Part shown: positions 15,968-20,000 of the stretch, piece by piece
Layout: every line of letters begins with the position of its first letter
Position numbering within the stretch: the stretch's first letter is position 1
DNA from: an uncultured virus (IMG/VR IMGVR_UViG_3300041955_000566)
Lineage: Duplodnaviria; Heunggongvirae; Uroviricota; Caudoviricetes
Reading direction: 5' to 3' (one strand)
IMG/VR virus record: IMGVR_UViG_3300041955_000566
DNA: 20,000 bases
Position numbers and translations under genes: made by a program
The notes under the pieces: generated by a model
The model's database searches: none
Told to the model about the DNA's origin: nothing
The model's input: only the letters and a program-made list of their open reading frames with translations

Positions 15968-16201
15968 TTAATGTGGCACCGACGACGGGACTCTGAAAAA
16001 TTGATTTCTACAACTTTGGCACGTTTCACGATTTCTATTTTCAGAATGAAAACGATAAGAATTTGCGAAAGATATTTTTGTAGAACATGACTTACACCGA
16101 AGTGATTTATTATCTGATCTAATCAATTCATCCCGGCCACAATCAGTGCAAATGCGCAGCCTCGGTATGCTTCCTTTTGTTTTTAATTTATGGGTCAGCA
16201 T
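15968..16201 (-). pseudogene. AT-rich zinc-ribbon ORF, probable HNH endonuclease remnant
   Basis: Three CxxC pairs, the last followed by FFRVPS with no partner pair; no HNH core. Confidence 0.4.
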
Positions 16202-16299
16202 TGGCTTGCTGTGGAGGGGATTGGCACCGGGGTTAAGCCGGGTGGCTGGGGGGGTAGGGAGAATCCGGATTTGCCCCGGTGCCCGTCGGAGAGAACCAC

Positions 16300-16482
16300 C
16301 TACACCGACGCATCTTGATTACCCTGATCGGTTTCAGATTTCAACTCGGCACGGCGGGCCGCGCACAGTTCAGTTTGTAACGCGGCGACTTCCTTTTGCA
16401 TATCGGAGCTGCGCTCGCGGGCAAATTTCATGAGACCATCGGCTAATGACCGAGCTATATTAGCCATGTCGATATCACTCAC
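16300..16482 (-). CDS. Hypothetical protein
   Basis: GTGA overlap; GGGAG RBS. Confidence 0.6.
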   Translation of the reverse strand: MSDIDMANIARSLADGLMKFARERSSDMQKEVAALQTELCAARRAELKSETDQGNQDASV

Positions 16483-16703
16483 GCGGTTCTCCCTTCTGCA
16501 ATAATCACTCGCTGATAAACAGGCTCATTGTTCTGGCCGCCACGGATGACACGGCCTTCCTCTCGGAGCTGCGCCAGCGCGCTGCGGACTGTTCTGATAT
16601 TCCCGATTTCGGCGCGGTCGACTATGGCTTGGACCGGAGTCCAAGTATCGATGTCGAGAACATCCTCGACGGCGTTCATTGCGGTATCGCTGACCAATCC
16701 CAT
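16479..16703 (-). CDS. Winged-helix-like protein
   Basis: IRTVRSALAQLREEGRV. Confidence 0.65.
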   Translation of the reverse strand: MGLVSDTAMNAVEDVLDIDTWTPVQAIVDRAEIGNIRTVRSALAQLREEGRVIRGGQNNEPVYQRVIIAEGRTA

Positions 16704-16969
16704 TACGGCACCAGCCCGAGAACGCAGTACCCATCATGCAGCCCGATCGATTCCCCATCGTCTCCGCGTGAAATGTAAACGATGCGGCGCTCGACTTTGC
16801 GGCCGGTGTATGCGCCGACGCCCGATCTAAATTCCTCGAGAACCACGATGTCACCGACCGCAAAGCCGCGGTCGTCCTTCCTGATCTCATAGGTTTTTGT
16901 GCCGTCCTGGACGGCATCAAACCATTTCGGCCATATCTTCAGTTCGTGTGTTTTGCTCATTGACTTCAT
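16703..16969 (-). CDS. ASCH/PUA (DUF3850-like) protein
   Basis: HELKIWPKWFDAVQDGTKTYEIRKDDRGFAVGD. Confidence 0.85.
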   Translation of the reverse strand: MKSMSKTHELKIWPKWFDAVQDGTKTYEIRKDDRGFAVGDIVVLEEFRSGVGAYTGRKVERRIVYISRGDDGESIGLHDGYCVLGLVP

Positions 16970-16979
16970 CCCTCAATGT

Positions 16980-17147
16980 TTACAAGTGCTCGATTGATTG
17001 TTTCATGTCGCGGATAGCTTGGATGATGCAACTGCGAGATGTTTCATCATTAGCTGTTTCCATCCGTTTTACTGCTAGTTCTAGCGCCGCATTAAACCCT
17101 TCGAAATAGGCTTTCGTGGCTTCTGGCGTTCGACGCTGTAACTTCAT
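16980..17147 (-). CDS. Hypothetical protein (55 aa)
   Basis: MKLQRRTPEATKAYFEGFNAAL...; fills the gap. Confidence 0.55.
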   Translation of the reverse strand: MKLQRRTPEATKAYFEGFNAALELAVKRMETANDETSRSCIIQAIRDMKQSIEHL

Positions 17148-17170
17148 GGCCGCGCCGCTCCGTTTTGTTT

Positions 17171-17662
17171 TTACTTCCGAATTGTCTTCAATAATGAAGG
17201 TGAGATTCCTCGCGCCGGGTCAATGCCGGCTGCGGCACACTCCCGTTCGAATGTAATTCGATTTGCTTGTTCGATTTTTGCTTTGGTTTGTTCCCTTTGC
17301 TCGATCTCTTCCGCGGTTTCAGCAGCAGATGACAATCCCCAATTGGGACCAGAGCGAGTCTTCAGCTCCTCATAAGTCGGACGCGTCGATCTATCCTCAA
17401 TGGGTGGGGGCAGCATCCGCGCCCGCATCTCAGCAAGTCTGTCGCGCTCCTGCTGGCGTCGGACCGGCGCAAATTCAGATTCACAAAATTCTTTCACTTC
17501 GGCTACGGTCGGTAACCATTTCGATTGTGATGCGATGCCGTGACGGGGGTCAGTTGCGCGCCGGATAATCTCAGGAGGATATTCAGATAGGACCGCAGCA
17601 ATAGCCGCGGCGTAAGTATCCGGATCAGCAGCATCACCCTTTCGATAGCAACCGAGAAGCAT
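17171..17662 (-). CDS. Replication-associated protein downstream of the initiator (loader-like position)
   Basis: MLLGCYRKGDAADPDTY...KWLPTVAEV; start uncertain (17662 or 17776). Confidence 0.6.
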   Translation of the reverse strand: MLLGCYRKGDAADPDTYAAAIAAVLSEYPPEIIRRATDPRHGIASQSKWLPTVAEVKEFCESEFAPVRRQQERDRLAEMRARMLPPPIEDRSTRPTYEELKTRSGPNWGLSSAAETAEEIEQREQTKAKIEQANRITFERECAAAGIDPARGISPSLLKTIRK

Positions 17663-18488
17663 CTTCGCCCGCTCTGCCGCGTACTCCGCCTGGGGCTGGT
17701 TCGTCGAATCCTCGGATCCGAGCGAGTAGGTCGGTGGCAGCGTCTTGAACTGTTCGTTCTGATTTTTTGGTTCCATTTTTGTATTCTCCTTTGATTATTT
17801 CATCATCCCAACAGCCCTTATTGAGCCATACCAGTGGTGATTTCGTGTATTGCGGATCTGGTTTGATTGCGACATAACGAGCAACTCCATCCATTAATGT
17901 TCTGAATGTTACCTCTCGATAACGCCGTATTTTTGCGAGTTTTGCAGCAACTGCTTTTTTTTCAGTCTTTCGTCCAGGCGGGTAGAGATCCCAGAATTTA
18001 TCAAAATAATCCTTCGGCCAATCATCGCTCGTTCTGACTGACTTATTGCCAGTTAGGGCGATAGAATCTTCCTTATCTTTACTTGGGGTGGGGTAGGGTA
18101 GGGTAGGGGCATTGCGAACGGCATGCACCGTGGCACTTCGTTCGCATTGTTCTTTTTCCTTATTCCACCGTTGGTTAGCAGCAGCGGTGTTCTTTTTTGA
18201 CTTCTCTCTTTTCCATTTCCACTCGTGCGATAAACGCTTCTGAGTCACCCATCCGTTATGCACGAGACAGAACTCAGAAATGATGGGGCGAACCTGCAAA
18301 CGCACTGCATCTGCATCGCGTCTAAATCTGCGCGCGATCCATTCGTCATCGTTGGGAATGCGGCACTCCGGGGACTGCCAAATCAACATTAAAAGCTGAA
18401 GATAAATTCCATGTTCGGCGTCGGAGAGATGGTCTGTATCTGACCTGTAATCAGTTACAAAAAGCGGCAAATATGGATATTCAGCCAT
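17634..18488 (-). CDS. Phage replication initiator, YdaU/DUF1376-like
   Basis: YLPLFVTDYRSDTDHLSDAEHGIYLQLL N-domain; FDKFWDLYP...WLNKGCWDD C-domain. Confidence 0.85.
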   Translation of the reverse strand: MAEYPYLPLFVTDYRSDTDHLSDAEHGIYLQLLMLIWQSPECRIPNDDEWIARRFRRDADAVRLQVRPIISEFCLVHNGWVTQKRLSHEWKWKREKSKKNTAAANQRWNKEKEQCERSATVHAVRNAPTLPYPTPSKDKEDSIALTGNKSVRTSDDWPKDYFDKFWDLYPPGRKTEKKAVAAKLAKIRRYREVTFRTLMDGVARYVAIKPDPQYTKSPLVWLNKGCWDDEIIKGEYKNGTKKSERTVQDAATDLLARIRGFDEPAPGGVRGRAGEDASRLLSKG

Positions 18489-18619
18489 GTGCCCTCCTTC
18501 ACGGGCAAAAAAGTTGCCGGGTGCCTGTGAAGGCAGGCAGGCGGATCATGACTCCGCTCGCCCGGCTACGACCGACTATGGGTGATTCATTTTTATTTTC
18601 TAGCCATACTGGCGGTGAA

Positions 18620-18904
18620 CTAATACTCATTTGACACCATATATTGATCGTGTTCCTGATGATGGCAGGCTGAGCAAAGCCAAACGACAACTAATGGTTT
18701 TGTATGATCAGGATGATGCATTTCTAATTTGCTTTGCTTTACACCATTGCACCGAATTATTGGTTTTGGTGTACAGCCACATCGTTCGCATGCGGTGGCT
18801 GGAATTATTTTACCTAGTTGCTTCATTCTGTGTGCAAATCTTCTAGCTTTTTGCCTAGCCGCTGCACGCTTTTTGTTTTCTATTATGCGAAGATCACAAG
18901 ACAT
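18620..18904 (-). CDS. HNH-like endonuclease
   Basis: CERCG...EMHHPDHTKPLVVVWLCSACHHQEH. Confidence 0.75.
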   Translation of the reverse strand: MSCDLRIIENKKRAAARQKARRFAHRMKQLGKIIPATACERCGCTPKPIIRCNGVKQSKLEMHHPDHTKPLVVVWLCSACHHQEHDQYMVSNEY

Positions 18905-20000
18905 TCTTACCTCCGAAGAGCGGACCGTGGTCTTCCGGCTTGCCGGCCATCTTCGCTTTGATAGATTCTCTGGCGCGCTCCTCTGGTCCGGCTAAACACA
19001 ACGCCATGCGGCGGCGGATGTCGGCTTGATATTCATCTTCGCGCTCGATCAGAACGGCGCTCATCCCTTCTCGCCATGCGGCTTCGCCAGTGGTGCCGGT
19101 GCCGGCAAATGGATCGAGCACCAACCCGCGCGGTGGCGTTACCAGCCGCACAAGATATTGCATCAAATCGAGTGGCTTAACGGTTGGGTGTTTGGAACCA
19201 AGGCGATCATCGGAGTCGGCTTTGGCGGTGTAAAACGTTCTTTTTCCGCAACCCGATTCCCCAACTTCCACGCTCATCTCTATGATGTCGAATGTGGCAG
19301 CTTCGACAAAACGATCTGACTTCAAAAGGCTTATCGTAATCGTCGTGATGCCAGTCGGCTTTGGGATTGCCACACACATCACACGGTCTAGCTTTGCCGT
19401 GATGCTTTCTGGCGGCAACCCGCGCAAGAACCTTTTTTCTATATTCTGGATCGTCGCGATAAGCAGTGTTTCTATCTCGTCTAATTGCTGCACCGAGACG
19501 CTCATATCTTGTCCCCGGTAACTTTGTTTTTGCAGAGCCAATCTTAGCGTTGACACTTCCACTACATGATTTAGAGCAGAAACGACGCGCTCGCTTTTCA
19601 GCCCTAAACTCCCTTCCACATTGTTCGCATCGTTTATCGAATGGCATAATTCATCCTGTTTTACTTGATAGAAAAATCTGGCGGCACTTCCTTCATCACC
19701 ACCGCCGAATCCATTTAAGCAATCGCCGTGGCCATACATTCCGCCACCGCCCTTGCTATCACCTATATTGCCGCGAGCGTGGTCACTCTCAGGAAACGCC
19801 GCCACCACTTCATCGCTGCCGTCATGGATGACGTTGGCTGGCCATCTACCTGTTTCAGAGCCGACTACAATAGTATTATTGCCAACATCGCCGGTCTGCC
19901 ATGGTCGTTTACCTAAGCCAAAACCACCTGATCTTTCATCGGTTGCCTCAATTCTACAACCATCTATATTCAGCGCCCCCGTTCCCCATTTCAGAACATT
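18894..20000 (-). CDS. DNA methyltransferase (N6/N4 beta class), 5' end outside window
   Basis: Frame is open from 20000: WGTGALNIDGCRI, GRWPANVIHDGS, SAARFFY, HPTVKPLDLM, VLDPFAGTGTT. Confidence 0.92.
   Translation of the reverse strand, partial: NVLKWGTGALNIDGCRIEATDERSGGFGLGKRPWQTGDVGNNTIVVGSETGRWPANVIHDGSDEVVAAFPESDHARGNIGDSKGGGGMYGHGDCLNGFGGGDEGSAARFFYQVKQDELCHSINDANNVEGSLGLKSERVVSALNHVVEVSTLRLALQKQSYRGQDMSVSVQQLDEIETLLIATIQNIEKRFLRGLPPESITAKLDRVMCVAIPKPTGITTITISLLKSDRFVEAATFDIIEMSVEVGESGCGKRTFYTAKADSDDRLGSKHPTVKPLDLMQYLVRLVTPPRGLVLDPFAGTGTTGEAAWREGMSAVLIEREDEYQADIRRRMALCLAGPEERARESIKAKMAGKPEDHGPLFGGKNVL
19207..19647 (-). CDS. Zn-finger HNH-like endonuclease nested in another frame of the methyltransferase
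   Basis: CEQCGREF...FCSKSC and CDVCG...WHHDDYDKPFEVRSFCRSCHIRHH; AGGA RBS. Confidence 0.8.
   Translation of the reverse strand: MPFDKRCEQCGREFRAEKRARRFCSKSCSGSVNAKIGSAKTKLPGTRYERLGAAIRRDRNTAYRDDPEYRKKVLARVAARKHHGKARPCDVCGNPKADWHHDDYDKPFEVRSFCRSCHIRHHRDERGSWGIGLRKKNVLHRQSRLR

Noticed and set aside
19207..19679. Intein or group I intron in the methyltransferase
   Set aside because: No C-terminal HN/N-C/S/T junction, the nuclease is in a different frame, and there is no non-coding space for a ribozyme core

Overview
Temperate-phage or prophage DNA, probably from an alphaproteobacterial (Rhizobiales-like) host; the host is inferred from gene style only. A mostly minus-strand backbone runs from a DNA methyltransferase, an HNH gene and replication genes (right end) through many small accessory ORFs to a probable terminase small subunit (left end). 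Two plus-strand islands interrupt it. The main finding is island 1 (about 5.4-7.9 kb): a small serine recombinase (resolvase/invertase family) sits divergently next to a tandem array of short, unrelated cassettes. Every cassette junction carries the same ~13-bp repeat (consensus AACAATAGAGGCC, 10 copies), which overlaps the stop codon of one gene and the RBS of the next. One cassette is non-coding and can fold into a structured RNA. This looks like an integron-like cassette array served by a serine recombinase, which is an inference. Other points: an HNH gene nested in a second reading frame inside an uninterrupted methyltransferase ORF, two genes broken by single in-frame stops, and several structured intergenic elements. 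Family names come from recalled motifs, not database searches.
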